The notes under the pieces were generated by a model. That model worked only from the letters and a program-made list of their open reading frames with translations. It ran no database searches and was not told the origin of the DNA. A stretch of 64,000 bases of DNA from Octopus bimaculoides (Eukaryota), in NCBI RefSeq assembly GCF_001194135.2, contig NC_068994.1, positions 27,329 through 91,328 of the forward strand, in the 5' to 3' direction. A program made the position numbers and the translations under genes. Every line of letters starts with the position of its first letter. Position 1 is the first letter of the stretch. Shown here piece after piece: positions 40,301 to 60,140 of this stretch.

Positions 40301-43179
40301 GAAAAAATGAAAGAAAATACTATTCCATTCATTAGTACATCTAATCTAGGAGTAAACAACATTTTCCACACTATCAGAACAAACCTACCAATACTCCTAC
40401 AAAGCCCCAAAATGAAAAAATCTGCTTGGTGGAAACCTTGTATGAAACAGTAAATACTAATCAAAAACATTTTTTAAAACAGCTCACAAAGGCAAAATTC
40501 ACATCAGATCATAATTCAGAATTTTCTGTGAAGGACTGAGGTGATAACAGAACAGCAACAACATTTTTCAAATATTTGGACAGTGGTTTCCATATAAAAT
40601 TTCAAAGTGGATTTTCCTTCAAAATAAATGTGGATGTGAACTGCAAGACACACAATCTCATATACTGCATAACTGCTCCAACTGCAAGGAAAATCATATT
40701 GTCAAAACCAACAATTCCCTTTGCTAATGTGCAAGAATCCCCAGACAGAAAGAATTATGCAAGATTTTGTTGTGTTTGGTGGGATCATAAAGACATTACT
40801 TATTATGGGCTTCTCCCACAAAAACCTGATCATTAATTTTGATATGTGCTGTTATCAGCTGGTTAATTTGAACCAAAAAATCAAAGAATTGAGGCTGGAG
40901 ATTGCCAACAGAAAAGAAGTAGTGTTTCAACAAGACAACACCCGACCACATGTGTCTTTGGCTAACCAAACAAAGTTACATGAACTTGGCTAGGATTTCT
41001 TACTTCATCCAACGTGTTCTCCTGATATTGTGCCATCCAACTAACACTTGTTTTTGTCTTTACAGAACTCCTTGCAAGGAAAAACATTTAACAATGTTCT
41101 CTAGATGCATTTTGACTCCATCTAAGATGGAGTCAGAATGCATCCAGATAACGTTTTTTTCTTCAAAACCAGTCAAATTTTATGCTCACGAAATATTTAA
41201 TCCTTTTGTTACCATATTTCTGTTGAAATGTTCTGTGTTTCTTTCAAATACTTTAAATATAACAAAGAATTTAGTAAAATAACTTAGTTATCATAAAGCT
41301 AGTGTTAGGAACATAAATTGTGACTAAGGTTTGGTGGAAGATTTTAATTCAAAACTTAGAAAAACAAAACATTTGTACAACACAGACAGAGGCGGTTTCA
41401 GCCAGGTTGGTTACGAAAGGGTTAAATTGCCTGATAGATAGGCAAAAGTCATTAATAATAAAGGAAAATACTTCATTGAATAAAATTTATTGAAGGATCA
41501 ATTATTTACATCCCTTTTTGCATATTAAAAAATCCTCAGAACTTTCCAAACAACTTAATATGTATATATATATAAGATACAAGGTGTTTTTATCAGGGTG
41601 ACTCCAAACAATAGGTATACACTCTGAGTGCACAAATAGGAGGTATGCCACTAAAATTCTGGTGTGAATGTCAGTTGAAGTTTTGTGACTGCTTATCCAA
41701 AGCAACTAAAAGTGGCTTTCACTTGAGCCAGTAGGGTTAGGGTTAGGGTAAAAAAAGGAGAAGCAAATAATTTGGCAAAACTTGACAAGGACATTGAATT
41801 TAATTTAGCTATATAATGAAAGGTTGAGATTGTCTCTGACAATTGTTTCTGGGATATCCCAGCTACTGGAACATCATATCAAGTGAAAACTCCATCATCA
41901 GAGAGAAATAGGTTAAACATATGTAACAGTGGAATAAAAGTTCATCAGTGATGGTTGTTGTGGTTCATTATGTCCAGAGAAGGAGGAGAGATCCAAAAAC
42001 GTCCAGTTAGATCCATTGAGATTTCGTATTCATTAAGTATTCATGATCAGAGAGAATGGTTAGATATAATCTATACTGAGAGAAGATGAATCTTAGCAGT
42101 TTCAAAGCTGGATAAATTCTAAGAAGAGGAATAAATACAGTACACTCTGGTGGAAGAACGGTAGGATAGACAGGAGTTTGGATCAGGTATATACCAATCA
42201 GTACAGCAAAGGGTACTCCTGTCAAGAGATACACACACACACACACACACACATGCATATATATGGATCTCTCCAGATAGTGTATTGGATGTCTTGTATG
42301 TGTCACTGACACAGGTGTCTTTTACATGTCACTGACGGCACTGGCTATGATCATGATTTCACTTAGTTTGAAGTGTCTTGTTAAGTTGAACAAATCACCA
42401 GAAGTATCAGTCACTTGTCATCACCTGCATGAAACTCAACTACTGAAGATTATACTTCACCATCTCATCCCACATGTTCCTGAGTTTACGTCTTGCACAG
42501 GTTCCCTCCACAATTAGAGATTGTCATTTCTTTATGCAGCTGTCCTCGTCCATATCCATTACATAACCATACTAGTGCAGCTTTCTCTCATGCACACATC
42601 TGATGCCTCTTACACTTAGTTTTTCTCTAAAGGTACACTTTGTTGTATGTGCACACTGACATTGAACATCCAGCAGAGCATGCTAGTTTCATCTCTTTTA
42701 AGCCTTTGCTTGTTTATGATAGTTCTGTTGTCCTGTTGCATGGCTCTTTGCACACAGGCATCATACAGTCTGCCTTTCTCTCTGAGGGAAGGGTCTTTGT
42801 TATCAACAAAGGTAGCATCTCTCTGAATTTTTGCCAGGCCAGTCTTATTCTAGCTGTTATACTCTCAGAACATCCTTTACTACTGTTCTCTCTCTCACAC
42901 ACACACACATAGACATATACAAACAAACTTTTCAACCATGTAGCCATACTGTTTCTCCACACATACAGTTTATATATATTGTGTGTATGCATATAAATAG
43001 CGTATAGCTGAATAAATGTTGCGAGCCAAAAATAATAACAAAATACAAGAGTAAGAAAAGGGATCAAATCTCACCATGTCCTCCAGTTGATTCGAGGCCT
43101 GTGATGTTGAGAGTTTCGATTTTGCCTTGTTTTGTGACTTCTCAGTCTGTGCTGGCATTGAACTTGGTGAACATCCCAT
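1879..43179 (-). CDS. Multi-exon gene (3' part outside window): acylation motif + novel repeats + malectin-like + FBA + DUF4062-like domain; NPHP3/TTC41-like STAND-family N-terminal half
   Basis: 14 GT-AG exons: 43179-43075, 35971-35791, 33983-33756, 31648-30584, 25231-25070, 21503-21361, 18632-18534, 16304-16005, 12874-12704, 11379-11299, 10780-10657, 8948-8833, 2997-2880, 2042-1879. They join in matching phase into a stop-free 3057-nt frame, and domain motifs continue across the junctions. Confidence 0.88.
2880..2997 (-). CDS. Exon 13: linker (SSWLTDGQFQISELDK...)
   Basis: tttttaag acceptor, G|GTAAGG donor, phase 0 to 1. Confidence 0.72.
4254..4495 (-). repeat. 3' LTR (partial) of the Gypsy element
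   Basis: Direct repeat of 7716-7960; ends at the TSD; interrupted by a mariner. Confidence 0.75.
4500..5450 (-). mobile_element. Mariner transposase pseudogene nested in the Gypsy element
   Basis: WVRHEL, VWWSGAGVIHY, LQDNAR, HPPYSSDLALTDY motifs in ORFs 5007-5270 and 4583-4963; ends approximate. Confidence 0.88.
7716..8022 (-). repeat. 5' LTR of the Gypsy element
   Basis: Homologous to 4254-4495; followed by PBS and gag. Confidence 0.8.
8030..8700 (-). pseudogene. Possible highly decayed Gypsy integrase zinc-finger region
   Basis: Stop-riddled frame HVHLIRMKQ..SGISELIEGFCKCSS loosely resembles the H2C2 region. Confidence 0.3.
8833..8948 (-). CDS. Exon 12: FBA C-terminus (GKDDKYWDGHYG)
   Basis: Matches G.D..YW.G.YG; strong polypyrimidine acceptor; donor CTG|GTGCGG. 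Confidence 0.85.
8990..10260 (-). mobile_element. RTE LINE 3' portion with (ATG)n tail
   Basis: GLLYPDDL, LLPLLVTQGLSLRVKGRFYDAC...MLYGS motifs. Confidence 0.8.
10657..10780 (-). CDS. Exon 11: FBA domain (WQEVSVTFSNYGPGVR)
   Basis: Matches the FBA motif W.E.SHTF..Y.PGVR; G|GTAAGA donor. Confidence 0.92.
11299..11379 (-). CDS. Exon 10: FBA domain (VSEWYREGVCGGGFY)
   Basis: Matches V.DWY....CG..Y; caacag acceptor, ACG|GTTCGT donor; 81 nt, too short for the ORF track. Confidence 0.85.
11912..12297 (-). mobile_element. tRNA-derived SINE
   Basis: Head GGAGGCGCAATGGCCCAGTGGTTAGG...GGTTTCGATTCCC with A/B boxes. Confidence 0.85.
12704..12874 (-). CDS. Exon 9: FBA domain (FITSHMRCTKQQEVDL...PDIQ)
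   Basis: Matches FBXO-type F.TS...C.K.Q.VDL...PDI; CAG|GTAAAT donor. Confidence 0.9.
14985..15173. repeat. Palindromic MITE-like hairpin
   Basis: Inner 31-bp near-perfect arms 15035-15103 plus imperfect outer arms. Confidence 0.75.
16005..16304 (-). CDS. Exon 8: malectin-like C-terminus, linker, FBA start (NLLQNASGE)
   Basis: atttcag acceptor, GAG|GTAAGA donor; NLL.N..GE matches the start of FBA domains. Confidence 0.87.
16970..17600 (-). mobile_element. CR1/L2-like LINE ORF2 fragment
   Basis: IKNIKSNPKAFFHYVK and LNDQFKSVFT in ORF 17040-17432. Confidence 0.7.
17640..17880 (+). mobile_element. Tc1/mariner transposase C-terminal fragment
   Basis: Translation PPNSPDLNSIDYYIW...LKATIVQVM. 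Confidence 0.7.
18534..18632 (-). CDS. Exon 7: malectin-like (VSNGNFILRLH...ITVNG)
   Basis: NG.Y.VRLH-like motif; cttcag acceptor, AAG|GTAAGA donor, phase 0 to 0. Confidence 0.85.
20583..20765. mobile_element. Tc1-type MITE in a TA microsatellite
   Basis: TIR-like CAGGGTGGGCCAAAAGT and ACTTTTAGCCCATACTG, flanked by TA. Confidence 0.65.
20820..21330 (+). mobile_element. RTE LINE 3' end
   Basis: EGTCGRGRPRKTW motif, shared 3' UTR and (ATT/ATG)n tail. Confidence 0.7.
21361..21503 (-). CDS. Exon 6: malectin-like (ITGTEDNFLYLTSR)
   Basis: Resembles the malectin I.GT.D..LY.T.R motif; ttttcag acceptor, ACA|GTATGT donor. Confidence 0.85.
21915..24870 (-). mobile_element. RTE LINE, degenerate RT and 3' UTR
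   Basis: ELLYVDDL at about 23790-23815; frameshifted RT; shared RTE 3' end. Confidence 0.78.
25070..25231 (-). CDS. Exon 5: malectin-like N-terminus (VVAINCGGPSY)
   Basis: AINCGG malectin-type motif; tctgtag acceptor, G|GTAAGT donor. Confidence 0.88.
26251..30530 (+). mobile_element. Near full-length REL-endonuclease non-LTR retrotransposon (R4/Dong/HERO-like), inactivated
   Basis: NYRPITCL, WIDYKKAFDS, GIFQGDSL, YTDEL, YKYLG; CCHC-like CHVC..H....C; RPDII...LIDM..P; K..KY..L; (AAT)n at both ends; 5' boundary inferred. Confidence 0.88.
30584..31648 (-). CDS. Exon 4 (1065 nt): repeat units 2-4
   Basis: Lies within the 477-aa ORF; tttaatacag acceptor, A|GTAAGT donor, phase 1 to 1. Confidence 0.9.
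32452..33440 (-). mobile_element. Helitron 3' fragment (PIF1-type helicase C-terminus and CTAG end)
   Basis: RIPLIP...QFPLKLSINKAQWQSL...QLYVRCSRV...TKNVVYQEAL; 3' end GTACATCAGCTAG followed by T. Confidence 0.82.
33455..33712 (+). mobile_element. tRNA-head SINE
   Basis: GGCGTAGTGGTTAAGAGCGCG...GAGTTCGATTCC. Confidence 0.75.
33756..33983 (-). CDS. Exon 3: first novel repeat (GGCCSLVFIS...IFLLRSGFNCNHF)
   Basis: ttttttag acceptor, G|GTAAGT donor, phase 1 to 1, similar to the repeats in exon 4. Confidence 0.88.
35791..35971 (-). CDS. Exon 2: DPLAVDVRRKPF...NQMQD
   Basis: ctacag acceptor, A|GTAAGT donor, open frame, phase 0 to 1. Confidence 0.75.
36420..40720 (+). mobile_element. Penelope-like retroelement remnant, split by a hAT insertion
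   Basis: YRLPKIY, TILMS then FYVSNLYT across the hAT, ANLIIG, LPFLDI, CKTHNLIYCIT. Confidence 0.7.
36842..39597 (+). mobile_element. hAT DNA transposon, degenerate transposase
   Basis: TIRs TAGAGTTGCCAA and TTGGCAACACTG; 8-bp TSD TTATGAGT/TTACAAGT; CRYC..H...KKH zinc finger, CTTRWLS, LTLPNSNA. Confidence 0.88.
40720..41180 (+). mobile_element. Mariner transposase fragment
   Basis: CVWWDHKDITYY, FQQDNTRPH, SPDIVPSN motifs. Confidence 0.78.
42300..42880 (-). mobile_element. RTE LINE 3' fragment
   Basis: FREMLPLLITKTLP...DCMMPVC; homologous to 9270-9790 and 56100-56770. Confidence 0.75.
43075..43179 (-). CDS. Exon 1 (start): MGCSPSSMPAQTEK...QLEDM
   Basis: ATG at 43179, MGCxxS motif, strong donor ATG|GTGAGA, phase 0 matches next exon. 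Confidence 0.75.
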
Positions 43180-43899
43180 CTCTTATGACAAAAACTCATA
43201 AATCTCTTCTCTTTTTGATAATTTACTTACTTGTCATTATTTTAATTTTCTCTGCTGATATTGCTTACTGTTGTTATTTACAATTATTAATATGTATGCA
43301 GGGTCTGTGTAAAGTTTATGCAGAAAATCCTGAGGATTTTAAATTAATTCTATACCATAATATTTGAACAGGAGGAAGAAAATGGAAATGTGTTTAGCAA
43401 GAGCATAATAAATGAATATTTAATAAATATAAACTTAATGATCATCCTTATAATTATTGTATATCTTAGTTTCGAATAGAAGCAGTTTCTCTGATTTCTG
43501 TTTTTCCTGTAACTACTTTCAAGTTTTACGTAGACAGTATTGATGATGTTAAAATCATCATATTGTTAAAACTATAATAACAAAAAAAAAAAAAACAACT
43601 ACTGCAATAATTTCTTTTGTTTTTGTTGTTTAGCCCAAGTCAAACCTTGATCCAGCGTACGTGCACACTATGACCACCACATTTCATACACCTATGACAG
43701 AAGGCACTTGACTGTTATTGTTAGCATGTTGAACAACCGCATAAAGATCCCATCATTACTTGTTGAAATTCAAATTATTATTTTGGATGTTACTTCTGTA
43801 ATTAAAATATTTGTTGTTATTTTTTCACATCCACAAAAAACTCTCCAAGTAAACTGGCCAGAATCTGTATCCAAGAATTCATCAGCTGGAAACAGGTTT

Positions 43900-43918
43900 A
43901 TTGGTGTCCAATAGCAAC
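43900..43918. promoter_or_regulatory. Candidate inverted CCAAT pair overlapping an X-box-like half site
   Basis: ATTGGTGTCCAATAGCAAC about 720 bp upstream of the minus-gene ATG; motif match only. Confidence 0.2.
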
Positions 43919-44507
43919 CACAATATTACTAATAATAAATTAGAAAGTTGAGGTACAGGCTCCCCGGATAACTGTTGCAGCAGTCAAATTGGTTGAAGTC
44001 CAGTGAAGCGAGACAAAACATCAGGAAGTGGGGGAGACAGGGAGGATCAACATTGGAATAAGATTTCTTGTTCTTCTGGTTTCTACCAGGCTAACATAGA
44101 CTACCAGCACCACTACCACCATCACAAACACCCATTTTATAATACTAACATCCTCCCACTACCACTGACTCATCTCCATCACCCTAATAATAACACTGCC
44201 CTAGCAACAACAACTTTCCCACTACCATCTCCCTACAAAGAGTGAACTATAACGTAATACAATGTATAAATTATGCATGAATACCAAAGCATCTTAACAA
44301 CTGAATTTGGACAGTTTATATATACACACACAAAGAAATGAGAAAGAAAGTACTGCTCAACACACTCACTCCATCACTGCATCCTATTTGCTACTCTTCC
44401 GAAGTACTTTAATAGTACCTAACAATGAATAAATATATTAATACCTTCTGAACTTCACAATGACATCTTCTTATTGAGCCATGAAAATGCAAGTATTGGC
44501 GGTCTTA

Positions 44508-44787
44508 CGGTACGAGTCCTAAATATCAGCCTTTTCCGTAAAAAGTGTCTTCGGTGATCTTTACTGAAGACCGGCTTTTTCCGTAACACCCGCACGATCT
44601 TCACTACGGCGTTAGGGTTAGGGTTTTAGTGTCAAGGTTAGGGTTACGGACGGAATTCCGTAACCCAAACCCTAACCCCTTCAAAATAAATTGCGCTCTC
44701 TGTATGTTTTTCGCTTTTATGATGTCGTTTCCCTTTTTCTCTCCAACATTTTTTACGGAAAAGGCCGATACTTAGGACTCATACCGT
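44508..44787. mobile_element. Palindromic MITE containing TTAGGG/CCCTAA units
   Basis: About 37-bp TIRs CGGTACGAGTCCTAAATATCAGCCTTTTCCGTAAAAA and its near reverse complement; inner hairpin GGGTTACGGA..TCCGTAACCC. Confidence 0.8.
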
Positions 44788-44799
44788 CGCCATGTTTCT

Positions 44800-44990
44800 T
44801 ATTTCTTTATTGCCCACAAGGGGCTAAACATAGAGGGGACAAACAAGGACAGACAAAGGAATTAAGTCGATTACATCGACCCCAGTACGCAAATGGTACT
44901 TATTTAATCGACCCCTAAAGGATGAAAGGCAAAGTCGAACTTGGCTGAGTTTGAACTCAGAACGTAAAGGCAGATAAAATACCGCTAAGC
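44800..44990 (-). mobile_element. SINE (GGGTCGAT..AAGTACCAG family)
   Basis: Reverse complement of the SINE at 46071. Confidence 0.8.
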
Positions 44991-45465
44991 AGATAGTTTT
45001 TCATGCTGCACTGTAACATCAGGATGAAGACCATTGTCAAAATGGGTGAAGCTAGCTTTTAATAGCCAAACTGGCTAGATAAATTGGTTAGACCTTAGCA
45101 AATCTTTATAAGGTGAGATTAAGGGAAACTCAGGTTTCTTTGCAAGTTATAATTGCTTAGCTTATGCAGTGTTAGGCATTTTTGGATTTATTTTATGTGC
45201 CAGGAATTCATCAGAACTTTTTGCTTGTCAGTTTTAAGATAATTTCTGTGCTACATCTTGGTGAGTACAAAAATCTTATAATATTTATGTGAATTTTGTA
45301 CCCTGCATCTGTGACAGGTTGTGTAGTAATTTTCAAGGGAAGTAACTGAACGTCTTACCAGTATTATCCGTACTACTCTGTTTATAAATAAACCACACAT
45401 GTGATTTGATTGAAGTTAACTGAGGAATTTCAACCATGTTTCGTGGTCTGCTACCACAACAGCTC

Positions 45466-45565
45466 NNNNNNNNNNNNNNNNNNNNNNNNNNNNNNNNNNN
45501 NNNNNNNNNNNNNNNNNNNNNNNNNNNNNNNNNNNNNNNNNNNNNNNNNNNNNNNNNNNNNNNNN
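45466..45565. other. 100-N assembly gap between the two divergent coding segments
   Basis: Exactly 100 N; other gaps at 7091-7190 (100 N), 16817-16906, 32054-32063, 63344-63353. Confidence 0.95.
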
Positions 45566-45674
45566 GACAGACAGACAGACAGACAGACACACATTCTCAT
45601 TTTTATGTATATAGAAGATATATGTATGTATGTATGTACTTCCATCTTTGAACGTGTTATCTTTAATGTTTAAG

Positions 45675-55713
<10,039 letters not shown>

Positions 55714-55747
55714 TCATTAAATTAGAAGCTTTAATATCTGTATAAGC

Positions 55748-55753
55748 AATAAA
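55748..55753 (+). terminator. Candidate polyadenylation signal
   Basis: AATAAA about 35 nt after the putative stop. Confidence 0.35.
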
Positions 55754-55759
55754 GTAAAA

Positions 55760-55965
55760 ACAAAATTGTTTTGATTCACTCGGGGTCCTAAGGAGAATTT
55801 GGGGAGGGGTAAGTAGATTACATTGACCCTGAAAGGATGAAAGGCAAAGTCAACCATGGCATAATTTGAAAGCAAAGATGAACAAAATGCCACTAAGCAT
55901 TTCGCCTGGCATACTAACGAGTCTACCAGCTCTCTGCCATATATCCAGGTATTAGTATTATATAT
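55760..55965 (-). mobile_element. SINE
   Basis: GAAAGGATGAAAGGCAAAGTC...CTAAGCATTTCGCCTGGC, reverse of the family head. Confidence 0.78.
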
Positions 55966-56099
55966 CAATTACTTCAATATGGTGTTATTTCTCATTCAAT
56001 CACATCAGTGTTGAAAGAGTTGTATAAATAGTAGTCTTTTAAATACAATGTTGCGCTATTGAATGCTATTTCTGGTGAGATAGTAAAGCTAGTATTGTA

Positions 56100-56770
56100 G
56101 CAAAGGTTTCAGTCACTTGTCATTGCCTCCATGGGATTCAACATTCAAAGATCATGATATCAGCAATGGCCTTGATTATGATTTCATGACACTGGCAATG
56201 GTGATGACTACAATTTCACTTGGCTTGATGAGTCTTCTCAACCACAACACATCAACAGAGGTCTCGGTCACAAGTCATCACCTCCATGAGGCCCAACATT
56301 CAAAGATCAGGCTTCACCATCTCGTCTACCTCTTCCTCAGATTCCCTCCACAGTTAGAGATCAACACTTCTTTACACACATGTTCTTGTTCATAAAGCAA
56401 CACATGACCAAAAGTGCATTCATCCTTCTTGCACACCACATGTGATGCTTCTGATGCCCAGTTTCACTCTCAAGACACTTACTCTCTGTCACATATGTAC
56501 ACTGACATTGTACATCCAGTGAAGCATTCTGGTTTCCCTGCATTCAAATTTTCACATGTCCTCTGCAGTCACAGCCCACATTTCACTGCCATGGAGCATG
56601 GCTATTCACACACAGGCAGCATACAGCCTGCCTTTCATTCTGAGGGAGAGGCCTATTGTTACCAACAGAGATAGAAGTACACTGAACTTTGCCCAGCCTA
56701 TTCTTATTCTAGCAGCTATGCTCTTGGAAATTCCACCTCCACTGCTGACTTGCTCACCTAAATAATGGAA
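56100..56770 (-). mobile_element. RTE LINE 3' fragment
   Basis: IVDSFHYLG..SSGGG.SKSIAARIRIGWAKF...LSLRMKGRLYAACV. Confidence 0.82.
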
Positions 56771-59700
56771 ACTATCAACTATTTCTAGGTTTCCCCTCTG
56801 GCATTTGATGGAGTCCATTTTCTTTACATTTCTAGTGTTTATTGTATCTGTACTTCTGCCACACACACACGCACATACATTTGAGAATCGAGATATTGTT
56901 GGAGAGAAGTGTGTGCAGATGGATAATGGTATGCTTGCACTTAGTGATGTGGACAAGAAAGAGGCATGGAAAAGCAGCTTCTAACCAGAAGCTTGTGGAG
57001 ATTCTCGTCTCTTTTGAGGCGAGTTAATGTGATCAAGATTGAAATTCGTTAAGTGCTGCACATATATTTACATACACATTAAAGGTTATGATAGCGGACG
57101 CTTGTGCAATGCAATGTTTGCTGGGATCGAGCTGGAAACCATGTGGTTACGGAGCGAACTTCTAAACTAGAAATTCATACAAGTTGTTAACAGTAACTTC
57201 ACTATTGTCCAATGACGCTGCTAACTACTTGTGCTATGTAAATGTTAAAGTAACTGCCTAGGGACTGGAGTAGAGAGGGGGGGGGAGGAAGCAGTGATCT
57301 TTTGTAACTCACCTGTCTGACATACTTCCTCTGTCATCAGCAAACAATAGAAGGATTGTCAAATATATTTCCACAAAAGTCAATTACACACTTAAGAGAA
57401 AGGAACAGAAACGATAAGAATGTGATAGGGGTGGGGGAGGCGCCGCCCTACATTTTTGTTCAGCCATGTGTCTAACAGTCACCTTCAATGAAGCATTTTG
57501 TCATTTTTGACATTTCTACATGTGTCTGTCTGATCAATAATCTTGTCAAGTTTAATTAGTTCCGACAAATATTATTGCAAATTGCATACGTGGGTTGCTG
57601 TTGCTGTTTAGAGAGTCTTGAGTATATTGGGATTGTTATTTGGTCTGGATTCAGACTAAAGCGAGCCGAGTTAATACAAGAATTATAGTTATTGTTTAAT
57701 AATCTGGCAAATCTTATACAGATGATCAGTTGATGCTTAATTCTAGGTTAATCATGAACACTTCGAACGCTCTATGAAAGATTGAATACCTGTTTTATTG
57801 ATTTCATTGTGCCAGAAGAAAGTGTTTGCTACTTAATCATGTTGTTCTTTTTAAGAATGTATTGTATCGATATATTACAAATATATAGAAACACACATGC
57901 ACACGTTCACAATCAGGCACATACGTACATACATACATACACATATACGCATGCTTTAGTCTCTCTCCTTATGTGTATGCAGGAATGTCTATGTACAAAT
58001 ACACACGTGTATGTATGTATGTATTAATAATATTCAAAATACGTACGTTAGTATATATACACAGATGCATTAGGGAGAACTCGATGCAAGAGTGCAGCAG
58101 AATTACCATAAGCCATTTTCATAAAAATATATATCTAGATATACTTATGTCCAAAATCACTATGGATATTTACCCTGGAATAGATCTGATTTCATCATTT
58201 AAAAAATAATTTATCAACGGAAAAGTTACAAGTAAAAAGACACTCTAATCACAGCACACTAAACTTATTAAATACAAATAACAGAGGACTTTTGTAATCA
58301 CGGTCTTTTTAAAAATTCAATCCATGGCTCAATCGTTAAGTGGAAAATTTTGCAATCGTAAGACCTCAGTTTTGATCCAACTGAATGGGAAGTTAGTTGT
58401 CTTTTACCATTGGCTCATGCCGATACTAAAGACAATAGAAAACATAATAGAAACTCACGAGAGTGAGGTTTACAAAGCTAAAAAGAGACCAAGAAAAACA
58501 AGGAATATAACAATAAAAATTCAAACAAGGATGGAAAATCACCCAGGCTAATTCCTTGTTAGTCTTGCCGCTCACAGTCGCCTTTCGTTAAATACACTAG
58601 AAAATAACACTTCCTTCTCCAGTCTTATTTTCTTCATATGAAAAAAATTGTGGGAAGCTTAATCAGAGATAAAAAAAAAATGTTTATCTTCAAATCTTTC
58701 AGGTAAGTCCATGACACCACTTCTTTTGTGATGGCCACGGGGTGATAGAAGACTACGTGTTCTTCGTTGCCAAACAAAGATGACGGGTCGATAGCTGAAT
58801 TCATCCCACACGTAACAGTAGCTTTTCAATGCAAGCCCAAAGTCGGTGATGCTTGGGTCCTGTACAAGATGATTTCGTTGCCCTGTGCGCATCTCGAACA
58901 AATTCAGCAGTTGGCACTTCTGTTCCTGTAGAGCTTTTGTCGAATAGAAGATGCCTTTCTACCAGAGCACTAGTATACCAAAGAATTTTGGAAGTTCTCC
59001 ATTGTTACCGAATTGAGAGTCATCAGGAAAAGAAAATGCCCAGTTTCTCCTCATCGACGGCCAGGATAGCTTACAGGCAATTGTCTCCTCCACTAACCGT
59101 CTATAGAACACGAGTTCGCCTCCGTTTTCGTTGCCTCAATAGTGAAGGCGTTAACATTCAGTTACGTTCGCCTCCTTCACTGTCTGGTTGTTCTTATGTC
59201 GATATTATCAGCAAGCATTGCACATATATCAAATAAAATACTTTTAACAAAACAGAATATACAGCAGGCAAAACAAGATACACAGAACTACGCTCGGCTG
59301 TGCTGTGGAAGAACGTAATAACAATAGAAGAACGGGAAAATAACATTAATGTTTTTGAAAGAAGGGCGACGAACAGATTACAAAGACAGGGTGGAATCTA
59401 GTGAAGAAGAGGTCAGAGCGAATGGAAATCAACAAACGAAAGGGTGGGGACATGTATCGAAAAATATGAAATATAGAAATATAAAAAAAAATATGAAAAT
59501 GTAAGTCCTAAAATGGGGAAAGCCATCTGGGGCAAAACAGGGCATTTCACACAGCCCTAAACATCTTTCAAATACCTTCTACCTGCCAAGCAATTACAAA
59601 CGCATATTGTTATTTGAAACATTCACCTAAATCCGGTTGGTCAATTTTATTATATAAATGATAGTTTAAAGAAAAGAAACTGACGACAACTTGGCCGTCA

Positions 59701-60140
59701 GGCAGGGGAAAATAAAGATCAATGGTGGACACCAGAGTAAAATGATCGATAAGAAACGATACACGTTACTAAGACTTGCAAGCAGCGCCTGTTGCCGCTG
59801 CGACTGCTGCTACAAGCAGCAGCACACTACAATCGTTGCTACTACAATTCCTATTGCCGCTGCTGTTGTTTCCGCTGTGAGTACTTAGCGACTGTTGTTA
59901 GGATAAGGATGTAAACACACACACACACACACACGTTATTGCAACTTATGACATATCAGGACACAGACGCAAAAGACTGTGCATAATACCAAACTTAATG
60001 TATGTGTGTGTGTGTGTGTGTCATGATATTTGAATATCATGAGATTAAAATACATTTATCCTCATATGTTAAATTCAAATTACGACAAACGTAAATAAAC
60101 AAACGAAGTTTGCTTTTAGAAGCGTTGAGATGTCTTTTAG

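Noticed and set aside
42007-42312. 101-aa minus-strand ORF with a cag acceptor in intron 1
   Set aside because: It ends in a stop, is in the wrong phase, starts in a microsatellite and has no recognisable motif.
45204-45260. Candidate plus-strand exon left of the gap (ccag...TTG|GTGAGT)
   Set aside because: Its open frame is phase 1 to 1, incompatible with the phase-2 exon at 45675, and it has no family motif. If RNA-seq showed it spliced to 45675, it would argue against an inversion at this gap.
58659-59236. 80-aa and 127-aa ORFs in the CpG-rich region
   Set aside because: No recognisable domain and stops in the neighbouring frames; retained only as an unexplained region.
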